Below are positions 26,214-39,463 of a stretch of DNA of 64,000 nucleotides, in pieces; the stretch's first letter is position 1, and each line of letters begins with the position of its first letter. The DNA comes from Octopus vulgaris (taxonomy: Eukaryota): contig OX597830.1 of NCBI GenBank assembly GCA_951406725.2, positions 25,296,001 through 25,360,000 on the forward strand. The letters are read 5' to 3'. Made by a program: the position numbers and the translations under genes. The notes below the pieces were generated by a model. It was not told where the DNA came from. It searched no databases and saw nothing but the letters and a program-made list of their open reading frames with translations.

Positions 26214-26237
26214 TATATACAGTTTATTATATTTACA
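26214..26237 (-). promoter_or_regulatory. candidate proximal poly(A) signal flanked by Pumilio elements in the cyclin B 3'UTR
   Basis: Minus strand reads TGTAAATA-T-AATAAA-C-TGTATATA, about 590 nt after the stop codon. Confidence 0.55.
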
Positions 26238-26817
26238 CTGAAATTAAATTAACAGCAGGTAGTGCACTCAATCTTACAATTACCTGTTACAGCTGTTCAC
26301 ATTCGTTCACTTGCTATACGCATCTATATGCAGCTGCAGTAAATTCAATGCTTTCTAGTAACTTAAAGCTACCTAAGTTCACCATCGATTTAAAGCTAGA
26401 TTATAAATATATATTAAAAAAAAAATAAGGGAGCAACAGACGAAAACTCAAAAGTTCCCTGAAAATCCCTGCAGCCATACAATTTTTCCAGAGAATTAGA
26501 CATTTAGTTGCGACGTTAATTTTCATTTTAACAAAACTTCCATCAAAACATCAGTTATCTCACATAGGGAGAAAAACATCCTCAAATACTTCTTAAACAT
26601 AGGCAACAACTACACACCTGCACAGGTACCTCAATATCATCACATTCACAATGCAGGACTAGGGACTCCTGCTAACCTATTTGCACTTTGAGGATTACAT
26701 TATAAAGACTCCTCAAATGTAAATAGACCTTTTCTTTTATAATGTATAAAAATGTAAATCAGTATTGACTGTAAATTCAGTCAAAAATGTCATGTTTAAG
26801 AGTCAAAAATAGTGACA

Positions 26818-26913
26818 TCAGTTTTCAGCAACTTTTCTGATGGCATCACCTTTTAATTCTGGAATGGTACTGATCTTAAAGAATTTGGAGCCTTGGTATT
26901 TTGTTCGGATAGC
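26818..26913 (-). CDS. CCNB1: cyclin B exon 8 (last coding exon)
   Basis: [34 protein letters not shown], acceptor ctttttctag. Confidence 0.94.
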   Translation of the reverse strand, partial: AIRTKYQGSKFFKISTIPELKGDAIRKVAEN

Positions 26914-29900
26914 CTAGAAAAAGAAGAATGATTTTAGAAATTGATATACTATAACTTCAAATTTTGTCAATTACTCATTAATCATCTTCAGTAATTTATC
27001 CAATAAAAACACAAAATAGCTTGAAAAAAAAAAAAAATGTATGTATCTAAGAACACATATCATTTCATTAACACATTAGCCATGGCCTGTTACCACTGAC
27101 ACTCAAACTCTTTAATTACAAGAGAATGTAAGTTTTGCATATTTCATAATTAAACTGACAATTAGTCACGTTATTGAAATATCCCTGAAACCATGTCAAA
27201 GAGACAAAAAATATACTACCAATGGTGCACAGGATAGGATAGTTGTGTGAAGTCTATGATGAACCACCAGTGGTACAGGTAACAGTTAACATGCTAATAT
27301 CCTTTTTGTTTTCCATGCTAGCATGGGTTTAGACAGGGGAATTACTTAAGGTAGAACTATAACCGTTTAGCATTTAAATTGGCATTATCCATGTTCAAAC
27401 CAGCCCCATATCTACCTTACATTCTTCAACATTTAGCATCTGCTTTCCATGCTGTCATGGGTTAGATGGTTTGACTAGAACTGGTAAGCCAGATAGTTGC
27501 ATCAAGTTCCAGTGATTTGGCATGGTTTCTATGACAGGATGCCCGTCAATGGGGGCTTTTTATGCACCTGTCACGTGACACTGGCATCAGCCACAATTAC
27601 GATTTCACTTGGCTTGACAAGTCTTCTCAAGCATTGCATATTGCCAAATGCCTCGTTCACTTATCACATCCATGATGTTAGATCAGGTTTCACCACCTTG
27701 TTCCCTGTCTTCCTCTTCCACAGGTTTCCTCCATAATTAGAATGGCACTTCTTTACATAGCTGACTTTATCCATATGCATCACGTGACCATACCAGTGCA
27801 GTCTCTTGCACACCACACCTGATGCCTCTTATGCTTGTCTCGCTCATGACACTGTCATTGTACATCCAGTGAAGCATACTAACTTCATTTCTTTTAAGTC
27901 TACGCATGTCCTCAGCAGTCGCAGCCCATGTTTCACTGCTGTGCACCATGACTGTTTGCATGTATAAATAGTCACATTATTGAAATCCGAAAGCCATAAG
28001 GTAATATATGATTAATTCAAAACACTGACTAAATAAGCATTACAATTGACAGTAATCTTGATGCTAAAAGGTTGGATGCTCCTATTGTTAACCCATACCA
28101 ATTTTCTGTAAAGAAAGTACAAAGCAACTGGCATTGTCAACAGGTGACAAAGATGGAAATATTAACATCTGCATGCAACATTGGGTTTCCTGCAGATTCT
28201 ATCAAGAATAAAAAAGATAAAAACCATTAACAATTCTTACAGTTAGTTTACTGGTTTCTGCTTTCAAGACTAGTTTTGCAAGTTTGCGTATTATATCAGC
28301 AAGCTCAGATTTCGTGTACGTGCTGTAGTAAGCTAGGGTATCGTTCTGGAATAAAAAGAAAAAAAAAAAAGGGATGAAAGTAGCTGGGAATATGTAAAAT
28401 TTGCATGCCCCATACATTTTCCAAACATTATGTTTGAAAGACAGTAAGCATTTAAGAGCTTAGTCAAATACACTTTTTTCAATTTTCAGAAACTGATCTT
28501 TTTCATTTAAGGGAAAAAGCAAAAATCTACCATAATGCAATTCATATTACAACGAAATGTGGTAATGCAGTAAATTTAAAATAACGAGCAGAGTAAACTA
28601 GTTTTTTCACAAGAAAAAAAAAAAATTTAACTATCAACTGAATGCAGGGAGATAACTCGTACCCGCATCTGAGCTCAACTACTCTCAGAACTAAAAGAAA
28701 AAAAAAAACCGAAAAAGACTGGAAACATTAAAAAATTTTGAATACTATCTGGAATTGATAATCTGTCAATCTAAAACCAATAGTGAACCATCAAAATTGC
28801 CAGCCGATTGAAAATTATGCTTTGTCACGAGAAACACCAAAAGCTGCTTTCAACTGATTGCATGTCATGCCTTTGACACTCAATCAAAATTCTCTATAAC
28901 AGTCTAAGCTGCAGCGAGCTCTATGGTGATAAAAGAAAGATTTAAATCCTCAATGAAGAGACCTTTGCAACAGCCTAATCCTATGCTGAGAAATCCAATT
29001 TGTTCTAGTTGGTGGCCTTAATATCAGTTTAGCCAGATTTTGCCCAATACCAGTTATATCAGGAATTCAGCCACATTGAGTTAAAGTAGCTTACAAGCAC
29101 CCTCCCCATCTCCACATGTGCAAAACATAGGATATACTGCATTCAGCCCTTGGATTTTAGAACTAGCCTTTTTTGTTTGTTTAGTGTCATAACATGACAA
29201 TCAACATTTAACCATGCCATAAGTCAGAATTTGAGGCAGATTTTTCTCTACAGACAGATGCCCTTTGCAAGTCTTCAGGCATCATTCATGGATGATTGGA
29301 AATGGATGTAAGGTGATGATACTCACAAAAAGAACACACAGATATCTCACTAAAATCTGTACTCCACTGCTACCATTTAGTTGCATTAACTCAGTGGGTG
29401 GCATGGAAGACTCCATTAAAAAGGGGTCCACAAGTGAATCAAACTCATCACCTAAATCTGTTACCATTATAAAAGAGGCACTGTATAACAAGCTAGCAAT
29501 AAAAAAAAAAAACTGCAAATTTTAAGCAGAGCAGACAAGTTTAACCCTTTCATTACTGTATTTATTTTAAGATGCTCTGTGTTTCTTTCAATCACTTTAA
29601 ATATAACAAAAAAAAATTTAGTAATTCAAAAATTCAGCTAGTATTAGGAACATAAATTGTCACTAAGGTTTGGTGGAAGATTTTAATTTAAAACTTATGA
29701 AAACAAGACATTTGTACTCAGAGCCAGAGCCAGTTTCAGCCGGGTTGGTAATGAAAGACATTCAAGGACAAAATCCCATAAGGCAGCAACCTGAAAGTTC
29801 TACACTCTCAGACCAGAAAATTTTGCAATCATTTTTATTTACTTGAAAAGATTAGCCTGAGAAATCTAATGTGCAAGACAGGTCTAAGCATATTTCAGAT

Positions 29901-32900
29901 TAAATCAATTTTCAACAATTTTTTTCTTCATTGTAATGTTTGAGCAAAATGACACAAGTCAAGTAACATTTTAACAAGATGCCAAGACATTAATAAATGT
30001 AAGAATGAAATCCTACCCATTCTGTGTCAGAGATGAGATGTAATGAAAGACATAATGCAGCAGCAGCCAAGAGTGAAGGGTGAATGTTCACCATATCGTA
30101 TTCTACAATTGTCAACTCCATCAGATATTTGGCCAATGTGTGTGTGTTTGCATCAACCTGCAACAAAAAGAATATCCAGTATTTCATTAAATAAATTAAC
30201 CCTTTAATGTTCAGATTATTTTGTCAAATGTGATGTTTGTTTATTTATATTGTTTTGAATTAATCATGCATTATCTTGTAGTTTAGATATTTCAGTGATG
30301 TGATGTTTTAGTTTTAGAATGACGTGGTAGGGCTGAGGTGAGGTGAGATCTGGTCAGTTTCAATATAAAACAGGTTAAATATTTTGGCCAGATATGGCCG
30401 GTTTGAATGCTAAAGGGTTAAAGAAAACCCATCAAGGAGAGGAAAAAAAAAGGGGATTTCCCATTTCTAGAGAAAAAAGAACAGGTGTGAAGTTGTACAT
30501 TTGAGACCAAGTGGTCATAAATACAAACCTTAAAAAGTTAAGAAACCTAACTACTTGCCAAAATTTTCCTTCATGTGAACAAGTTCAACTGCAACATACT
30601 ATTTAGCATTTATATTACTCTCAAATGTAATGCCTATTTACTCACACGTTATCTTGTAGTTTTTCATGCGATTGCTTATTTTTAAAATGATATTGTAGGA
30701 TAGGTGTGAGAGGCTGGATCTGGTCAGTTTTAACACAAAACTGGTAGAATATTTGGGCTGGATATGGCCAGTTTGAATGTCAAAGAGTTAAGGAGATTAT
30801 GCTATAAAACCCACATTAAAACAGCTATGTATTCACTGGAGTTGCTAGAAATAGTAACTAAATCCTCCTCAAAGCACAACCTACTGTCTTAAAAAAAAAG
30901 TAAAAAATTCCAAGATATTCCTGCTGAGATAGGAATGACCTGTGACTAAATACTAACAAAACTTTATGGAACAAAGAATATTACAATGCAGTGAAATCAT
31001 TTGGTGAGAGGTCAATGATAATTCAACCAATTCTCCCAAACAAAAAAAATGCACAAAATCCACCCCACTCCTTAACCTTTCTGTTAAACTTACATGGCCT
31101 TCATTTCAATTTTGAAAATTAATAATTTAACTAAAATAACTCACTAAGCTGGTGCTTGGAACACAAAATTTAATGGAAGATTTTAAAAAATTTACATCAC
31201 TTTGAAGTAAGCTTGTATGCATATGGATGAGGACAGCTGAGTAAATAAGTGCCAAACTGACTAGAACCTAATGCAGCTCCCCAGTTCTAGTCAAACCATT
31301 TAAACCATACAAGCATGGTATGGTTTAAAATAATGACGATTGTATCAAAAGGATAAGATAGGCAGGTTGGTATCAAAAACACCAAGATACAAGTTATTCA
31401 AGCACAGTTGTGTGCTAAGTCCACCTTGCAACCAGTCCTAGGTCCTCATACAGTGCACAGCATCATGGCCAAGTGTTTGTCACAGCTTTAGGCTGACCAA
31501 TGCTTAAGTAAAATTTCGGAAAAGTAGTGGTTGAGTAAGTATCCATTTGGTCCAGGAGGCACAGGCTCCTTATAACTTGTGCCATTGGAAGCTAATAAAA
31601 CAATTGTTTATAAATGCATAAAGTAAAATTATATTTCAAATCTCAACTACAGATAAGCGGAAGTGCAAAGACAGAAAAGTCCGTACCTGTCCTGCTTTGG
31701 AATTTCTTCTCAGAAAATGCAAGCACAATGGCTTGCCAAGTTTAAAGTCTAATGTCTTCAAGATAAGCATCTCCATTTGTCGAATATCTGCTCGTGTATA
31801 TGCATTGTCTGTGATGTAGACAAAATCAGACACTTCTGGAGCGTACATTTCTTCATACTTTGATGCTATCAGCATTGACGTAACACCAACCAGCTGTAGC
31901 TTGCTGCGAATAACTGGATTAATCTGCAATTAAGAGGAACATGACTATTTTTTTTAAAGAGAAATTATAAAAATTTACTGTAATTATAGCTGCAATTAAA
32001 GTAATAGTGTCATCATTACAACTTGCTTCGAACCCTTATGTTCTAACAGTTCCATCTCTTGCACTCAAGATACATTTTACACACACAGACAAATGAGTTT
32101 GCTCTGTTTAGAACTAAGCAAACAACTTGGTTTTTAAAGTTTACAAGCTCTTGTGAATTGGTGATTGCTCCCACAAGTGTGATTCAGAAAACGATTATAA
32201 TTTATTATAAACGATCTGTACATAAAATATTCTTTACTTTCTATTGTTTTATAGCCATTTATTTATAAGTAGTTCGAGACAGAGAGAATTCCCTCAGCAC
32301 ATGTTGCTGTCCAATAGGTGAAGGGCAGTCAGACAAATTTAGCTAAACATGATCAAATGCTTCACTCTAGCTACATTGTTTTTAAATCTCTGAAGAGGAA
32401 TGGATTTTCTGGTGAGCAACAAAGGCTGACAGATCTCCAGCAGAGACGGAGAGAGAGAGAGAGACCAAAGGTGTTGCAGTAGGTGCTTACAGATAACAGT
32501 CAACATCACCTCCGATATGTTGGAAGTAAAAGTGAAAGGTCAATTGCATAATCAGAAGGATTGTCCTTAGTAATGAAACACTACAGAGATGAGAGCAAGG
32601 GTGATTGACAGAAGAGTATGAGGTTTGACTGCATTGCTTGTGGGCAGTGGGGTGGGGGACATTGCATGCATCAATTTGGGTTTGAAATGAGGCTTTCATA
32701 TGTAGAATATGTGGAGTGAGTGAGCATGGAGTGGAGAAACGAAGAATGCAGAAACTTTTTTTTCATGTGGCATTGGCTACAAAACTGACAAGAAATATAG
32801 AAGCCCTCTCCCATAGGAAGCAAGGGGATATCACAAAGATGGCATTGATTCTGTTAGCTAAGGATTGTAAAGATGGCTGCATTTTTGAAGACATGCATTT

Positions 32901-34789
32901 CAAATGGTCTTGCAAGAGTTCTGGTGTGGTGAGAGAATTTTTGAAAGTGTTGTAGATCATGTTCTTTGCCAGCACCGTTGCAACCAAGACACTACTTCAA
33001 GGACATGCCTAAGCAAGTGACTCCAATCTCCTTAGTTAATGAAGCAAGGTGCACTATTAGGGAAAATTAGTATAAAACTAGATTTCCAGTTTAAGAGAGG
33101 ATTTGAAGTGCCATGAAGTATAGGAGTAAATTATGCAGATGCCTGGTGGGTAGATAATGAAGTGGTCAGACAATATAGGTGCAGATACAATACTGGTGTA
33201 CACAGCCTGAATTTGGAGGCAAGAAATAAATAGATCAAGGGTGTTTCTAGAGTATGTTAAAGATACATGAGGGGGACAAAAGCATTGTAGAGAAGTAAAG
33301 ACTGTTTCAGCACCATCAAATGGTAAGGGCCAAGAAAAGAAATCTGATGCAGAAAGAGATGATCAGAGCTGTTGGAGGCAAGCTCATGTATTTGGAATAT
33401 AGAGAGACCAAAAGAATAATTGGAAGCTTTTATTGTTGATGTACAAATGAGAAAGGTGACAAGAATCTAAAGATGTGCACATACCAACTTCCAGGACTGT
33501 AATTATACATTGGTCTAGGCCTCCACTGTTAAACCATTCCAACTTTTATTTGCCTACAACTAACATCCTGCATGAAAAGTGCAGCTGTGATTGGTTCTTC
33601 ATTAGATTGTTACAAAACCTGTCTGAAAGCTAGCAATATGGTGAACTCTGCTAAAGATCCCTTACAGATCAGTAGATATGAAACCAGGTGGCCTGTTTTG
33701 TCCTTTCCCTCCATTGATAATTTTCATCATCATCCTTTTACAAAATAACGTATATACCATATTTAATGTCAAATAAGATGAACTTTGCCTCTACCCACAC
33801 CCCAAACAAACTAACAATCACTGGGCACCCCACACTTTAATGAAATTGGGGTGCATTTTGTATGCCTGTGTGACTTTGAATGTGGTGTTTCAGAAAAGCT
33901 ACATTGAGACACTCAGTTTGGTAGCCAGAGTAGGGATAGAATCTAGCATCACTCAAGTCATAATTCAGAGGATAAACATAAAAGTTACCTGCAAAAATCG
34001 ATCCAATACAGATACTGTTAAGTAAAGCGTCTCTTGTAAAAGTCTAAAGCGGTGATGAACCTGACAGAGCCAATCTATAAGAATGGCCCTCATTTTACCA
34101 GTTATTTCCTGACCTTGAAGGTAATTTCTTCTAACTGTATAGGTTTTCTGAAAAAAAGTTTATAAAATCAAATATTAGCAGAAAATCTGAATATATCAAT
34201 AAGAGAATCTATTTTAGCCTGAGAAAATGCTATAATGAAAGGATTACGTATGACCCTATTTCAGCCATCACAATGGTTACTATCTTCCCCACCAACTAAA
34301 TATGGTTTTCCAGTTAATATTTACATAATTGTTATGGTACCTTCTGCACCCCAGCTAAAAATGGATGCATTTGAAGCCAGTTAAAATATTAATGGCTACA
34401 ACTGGAAGAGAGTAGCCTTTATTATTTGTGGAAAGAGTACCTCACTTGCATTAAGGAGAATGGCAAACTCGTAAAATTGTTAGAGAAATGAGCATAAGCA
34501 ACTAATTGTTCACCTCAAAATGATCAGTGTGGTTTTACATTGAAAGCTCATAGAAAGCATGCAAGTCAGACAAGTAAATCTGAAGAGATATCTGTAGTAT
34601 ACTCTTTTACTCGTTTCAGTCATTTGACTGCGGCCATGCTGGAGCACCACCTTTTAGTCGAGCAAATCGACCCCGGGACTTATTCTTTGTAAGCCCAGTA
34701 CTTACTCTATCGGTGTCTTTTGCCGAACTGCTAAGTGACGGGGACGTAAACACACCAGCATCGGTTGTCAAGCAATGCTAGGGGGACAA

Positions 34790-34856
<67 letters not shown>

Positions 34857-37800
34857 TACGACAGGCTTCTTTCAGTTTCCGTCTACCAAATCCACTCACA
34901 AGGCATTGGTCGGCCTGGGGCTATAGCAGAAGACACTTGCCCAAGGTGCCACGCAGTGGGACTGAACCCGGAACCCTGCGCCTATAGTATAGTAGCAAAC
35001 GTTCAAATTGATACTACTCTTAGACAATCATCATTTCAATGCCTACATTTTCATATTTGCATAGGTCAGACAAGTGTACTTTATGGTCAGATGACTGTCA
35101 CCAACGCTGAACTGGCTTTCAAGTAAGGTTATTAATTTTGTAGCTTATAGGAGAACAAATAGTCCTGATATATTTATGCAGAGGACTAGAAACAAGCGAC
35201 ATGTCAAGATGCCTTTGCAGTGAACTGCAAGTAAAATGATACAGGCAGCAAGGCAATTGTTTACAACCATGTAAAAATTAGTCCAAAGTAAGACCATAAG
35301 AGGTTACAAAGAAAACGATTATACATTCATGTGATTTTGTGGAAATATTTAGCACAAGCCATATACTTCCTGGGCTCAGCTCAAGTTATCAAAAACATCA
35401 GTTTACATAATGGAGAGCACTACAAACAATGGTAAGCATTATTTTACAGCTTGGCAAAGCTGACCATATCATATACATTTATAAGAGCAGAACTGTTTTA
35501 TTTTGCTTTGCCAGTGAGGCAAACTGATTTATGACTTGTCAGTAGTTCAGTATCAAAAATGTTTAGTGATATAAATTTAGACATAGCTGAAGCCATTACC
35601 AGACAAATCTCTGGAGATAAACCTACAGCAGCAGGTTAAAGTGAATGAGGCAATAAAGAGAATAGATAAACACACCTCAAGTTCACGCAAGTAATTGTAG
35701 ATGTCATTAACATATTCTGAAACGAGTTGAGGATTTTCATGATCGTCAACATCAATGTCAACAACATTAGCCATATCAATTCGAGGCTCAGTTTCACATA
35801 CTTCCATTGGACTCGATTGTGATTTCGATTCATTTTCAGTTTTTGGAGGAGGCTGGGGTTGAGTTAGTTCCTGTAAAGAGATGGAAAAATGTTTAAATGT
35901 ATCACAAAAGTTTTTGGGCTAGCGTAACATACCAAAGTTTCAACACCCCAACTTGCACCCAAGGTGGCTTCAGTTTTTATGGGCTAGCAGTAATCTCAAG
36001 CATTTCAACAAAGCCTTAAGAATCCTGCAATTTGTTCAATCTTAACTATGTTAGGAAGCTTGCAAAGATTACAGGTACAACTCTTTTTCCTCAAGCAAAT
36101 AATTTACAGGAATGTCAATTTTAAAACTTTCAAACACAAAAAGCATGGTCCTTAAATTTTAATTTGCAGCTAGAAACATGTGCCTGCTTTCAAAGAACAA
36201 GTGGTCCATATTAGTTTTGTTACTCCAGTAACAATTACAGTAAAGTTTTGGAAAACATCTTGCAGCTCCCTTAGCCTTTTTGATACCACCCAGCCTAGTT
36301 CTATGATTTAAAATCTTTCCACATGTCAGGTTAATTTCGGTTTCAAACACCAGTTTAACAATCCTTTCTATTATATGCACAAGGCCTGAAATTTTTGGGG
36401 AGGGTATTAAGTCAATTACATTGACCCCAGCACTCAACTGGTAATTTATTGATCCTGAAAGGATGAAAGGCAAAGTCAACACTGGTGGAATTTGAACTCA
36501 GAACACTAAAATGGCCGAAATGCCGCTAAGCAATTTGCCCAGAGTGCCAAGTAAATTTTACATTGTTTTTAAAATTGTTTGAAACAAAGTTGGTATGTTT
36601 CAACAGAAATATGGTAATGAAATGGTTAAAGATATTACTAATTTATTTTAGTAATAAATTTCAACACAAGACCCCAGAAGGCAAAAGAGCAGTATAGTTG
36701 ACTGGTACATACGTCCTGCTCCAAATGATGAAAAGCAAAGTTAACAATGGTAGTAGGGTCTCAGTTCTGAGAAGCTAAACACTTGACAGAACTAACAAGT
36801 ACAGACTTGCTGGTTTTAATGGAACATTTTTAGTCCCCCTCCATGTCAAATGGGTTTCTATAAAGATAACGGTTGACCTTGTAGTCATGGCTTACATACA
36901 ATTTAGGTGAAGGATTTCATGAACAACATAACTTCTAATTCTGAATACCTTTTGAGGGTATTTCAGATGTGACCACTAGTCATTTTATCAGAGGCAGGAT
37001 CTAAAGCAGTCAAGGACAAATCGCTGTCTGCAGGACTTTCTGAATGGTACGCCAATGAAAAAAAAAAAATTACCTTGAAATTGAGTATTGTAGTCTATCT
37101 TATTCTTGAAAAAGGTTGCCAATGCCAGATCTAAAGTGTTCTCTTATTTAAGGCAAGGTGTAATTTGGGAAGTATTTCACATTTAGTGTCCGTTTTCATT
37201 GCTGGCATGGGTTAGAGAGTTTAACTGGGTCTTGTAAGCCAGAGAGCTGTACCAAGCACCAGTCTGATTTGACTCAATTTCTACTGCTGAATGCCCTTCC
37301 TAACACCAACCACTCAAAGAGTGTAGTGGGTTGGTTATTTCTAGCAGGTCAAACTACCACATCAATACTTTGTTTATAACGGACTAGTGGTTCTACAACT
37401 TCAAAATGTTTGGACAATTACTAATTTTGATAATTAGAAATTTAAAAAACAAGCATTCTGAACTTTTCTCTTGTGGCCGTCACCACCACCATCCAAGCAA
37501 TCCATTAGTTGCTATTTCAACCCCTATATTCACAAGTTGTTATTATTGAGCAAAAAATTTCTGAATGTCCCCAATAAACGTTCCTGCATTCAAGTTCACC
37601 CCATTTTCATTAAATAAGAATACTTAACATCCACCACATCAAGTAAAATACCAATCTTTTGTTTAGTAACTAAAAAGTGATTTACTTAAATTTCATACAA
37701 AAACTCAACTCTCACCTGTTTGACTATTGTCGTTTTCGGTACGGCTGCTCTCTGTCGAAGGGATCCTTTCTTAGTTATTTCTTTTCGTTTAATATTCTCA

Positions 37801-39244
37801 AGGGTTATACATGAAACCTTGTTACCAATTTCGTTGAGGGCAGATCTAGACACTGGGTTGGCATCTATATTTGATTTCGAGATGGCGGTGTTTTCACGAT
37901 TCGAGGTTCGTAGTCGCATCTGCGAAGAGAAAAAAAATGTATTTAAAATGTAAAACTTCGTATCGAATTCAGTATAAGAAACTCAGAAGGAGTTCATGAA
38001 CTTAAGTTGGATTTTCTCAGTTTTAACAGTCGTTTTTCAATTTTTTTTCACACCACTTCAAAATGAAGGAGTGGATTCTTTTTATGGAGAAAAAAAAACA
38101 AAAAAAAAACCCCGATTCTGGAATGTCCTCCGCCCTGCTCTTACGGTAGCGATCACCATCACAAATCTCCATTTTTTTTTTTTTTCAAACTTTTTCCATT
38201 TGGCACACAAAAAACAAATGAATTTAAAACAGTGGAAACATTTATTTCGCATTTATGAACTTTTCCTTTTTTGGTAGGGTGGGTAATGGATGGATAAATA
38301 TTTTCCGGGTCTAATTTCGAAATAATTTTTCACCATTTGGATTTTCAAATCTAAACTGTTCAATTGTTCAAATGAAAAAGTGGGTACTGCTTGCAAAATT
38401 CACTTTTCCTGTTAATGAAATAGATGTTAGCGTATTCGAAACTGAATCGAATTCTGATGACCAAGGATTTGTAATTTTTTGTTGTAAAAAAAAAAAAAAA
38501 TATATATATATTTTATTAACAGTTTACAGATATAATGAAAGTGGCATTCACGAAAGAAGAGATTATATATAAAAAAATATTACAGAATTAACCTTTTTTT
38601 TTTCATGCAATGGTTTTTATAAAAGGTAATTGCAGATAATTCGAATGGTCTGAAAGAGACCACTAAATGTTCGAACTCGTCTCTAATTTACAAAAAATTA
38701 ATAACAGAAATTTGACCGTTCACATCATTTTACTACATCAATTGCAGACAACCTTTGATTAAATTTATTACACCTGTTATTTAGAATTGCAAGTGTGACA
38801 ACGGTTCTTTCCCCCCACTCCATTACCAAAACTTGTTCGTACACGAATATAAATTCCATGCTAAAACCCCAAACAAGACTGGGCAAACACCAATATGGCC
38901 CATATTAATTACATTTACATCTTTGTATTACATACAAATTATATAAACGTTCAGACTTTTTTTTTTTTATTATTATCTGCAAATACAAACTACATTTGTT
39001 AAGGAAAGGAAATAATATCTAAAACAATTACGACATAGAAATTAGAAAATTATAGTCAATATAATCGATATTGAACTAGTTACAGAAATATAATTTAATA
39101 ATGAAAGTTACAGTAAAAGAATGACGTGACATATTAATATTAGCTAACGGGTTTGTTTGAGGATTTCGAGAATGAAATAATATTTAAAAACATAATGAAT
39201 GAACTAAAAAGGTTACTTACAGTGTTAGACCGTGTGGTAGCCAT
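26818..39244 (-). CDS. CCNB1: G2/mitotic-specific cyclin B (B1/B2 type), whole gene span, 8 coding exons, 386 aa
   Basis: Exons joined by hand at GT/AG sites give an uninterrupted frame. It has the D-box [30 protein letters not shown], the cyclin box [40 protein letters not shown] and a C-terminal AIRTKY...KIS. The symbol denotes the B1/B2 family, since invertebrates typically have a single cyclin B. Confidence 0.97.
27430..27960 (-). mobile_element. RTE-clade LINE 3' fragment in cyclin B intron 7
   Basis: VMVHSSETW...[15 protein letters not shown] and [10 protein letters not shown] resemble the RTE motifs YGSETW and LRWFGHV. It interrupts a piggyBac-like MITE. Confidence 0.75.
28241..28345 (-). 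CDS. CCNB1: cyclin B exon 7
   Basis: 35 codons [15 protein letters not shown]...SKLT. Polypyrimidine acceptor ending ttccag, donor GTAAG. Confidence 0.95.
30017..30157 (-). CDS. CCNB1: cyclin B exon 6
   Basis: 47 codons [15 protein letters not shown]...[12 protein letters not shown]...TEW. Acceptor ttgttgcag, donor GTAGG. Confidence 0.96.
30200..30417. mobile_element. piggyBac-like MITE
   Basis: TTAA|CCCTTTA...TAAAGGG|TTAA. Related or degenerate copies lie at about 29541-29760, 30595-30790 and (split) 27360-28075. Confidence 0.8.
31687..31923 (-). CDS. CCNB1: cyclin B exon 5
   Basis: 79 codons [30 protein letters not shown]...[10 protein letters not shown]. Acceptor ttgcag, donor GTACG. 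Confidence 0.97.
32290..33720 (-). mobile_element. probable old LINE fragment in cyclin B intron 4
   Basis: Higher-GC, coding-like block with many stops. No clean motif could be recovered. Confidence 0.35.
33989..34147 (-). CDS. CCNB1: cyclin B exon 4 (start of cyclin box)
   Basis: Not in the ORF track; translated by hand as [53 protein letters not shown]. Acceptor ttttttcag, donor GTAAC. Confidence 0.97.
34600..34985 (-). mobile_element. SINE family A with a deletion in the head
   Basis: Family A body. The head reads GGCGCAGG|GTTCCGGG, so the A-box segment is missing. Confidence 0.88.
35676..35870 (-). CDS. CCNB1: cyclin B exon 3
   Basis: Acceptor ctctttacag, 65 codons ELTQPQ...SSPMEV...[28 protein letters not shown], donor GTGTG. 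Confidence 0.95.
36375..36550 (-). mobile_element. SINE family B in cyclin B intron 2
   Basis: Family B core on the minus strand. Confidence 0.8.
37716..37919 (-). CDS. CCNB1: cyclin B exon 2 (destruction box)
   Basis: Acceptor tttctcttcgcag, 68 codons MRLRTS...RSALNEIGN...TTIVKQ, donor GTGAG. Confidence 0.93.
39221..39244 (-). CDS. CCNB1: cyclin B coding exon 1 (MATTRSNT)
   Basis: Kozak-like CACCATGG, 8 codons, then a consensus donor GTAAGT. Phase 0 matches the exon 2 acceptor, and it lies downstream of the CCAAT pair. Confidence 0.85.
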
Positions 39245-39463
39245 GGTGTATATAGATATAGGTTTTAACAAAATTTACTTCGATGGTATGGCAATGTAAA
39301 AAAAAATATTGCCAATATAATAAGCGAATGAATTTAAAAAATATATATATAAAGAATCTCAGCTGAGACCGCAAAGACAGTGATAAAAATAGATGAGGAT
39401 AATCGAGTATAAGTCGGATCGGTGTCAAGGCATTTATGATATGAATCTCATCCTGGTGCTAAG

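Noticed and set aside
37917-37919. ATG at the start of exon 2 as the cyclin B start codon
   Set aside because: It directly follows a strong splice acceptor. An upstream in-phase exon with a Kozak ATG and promoter motifs fits better.
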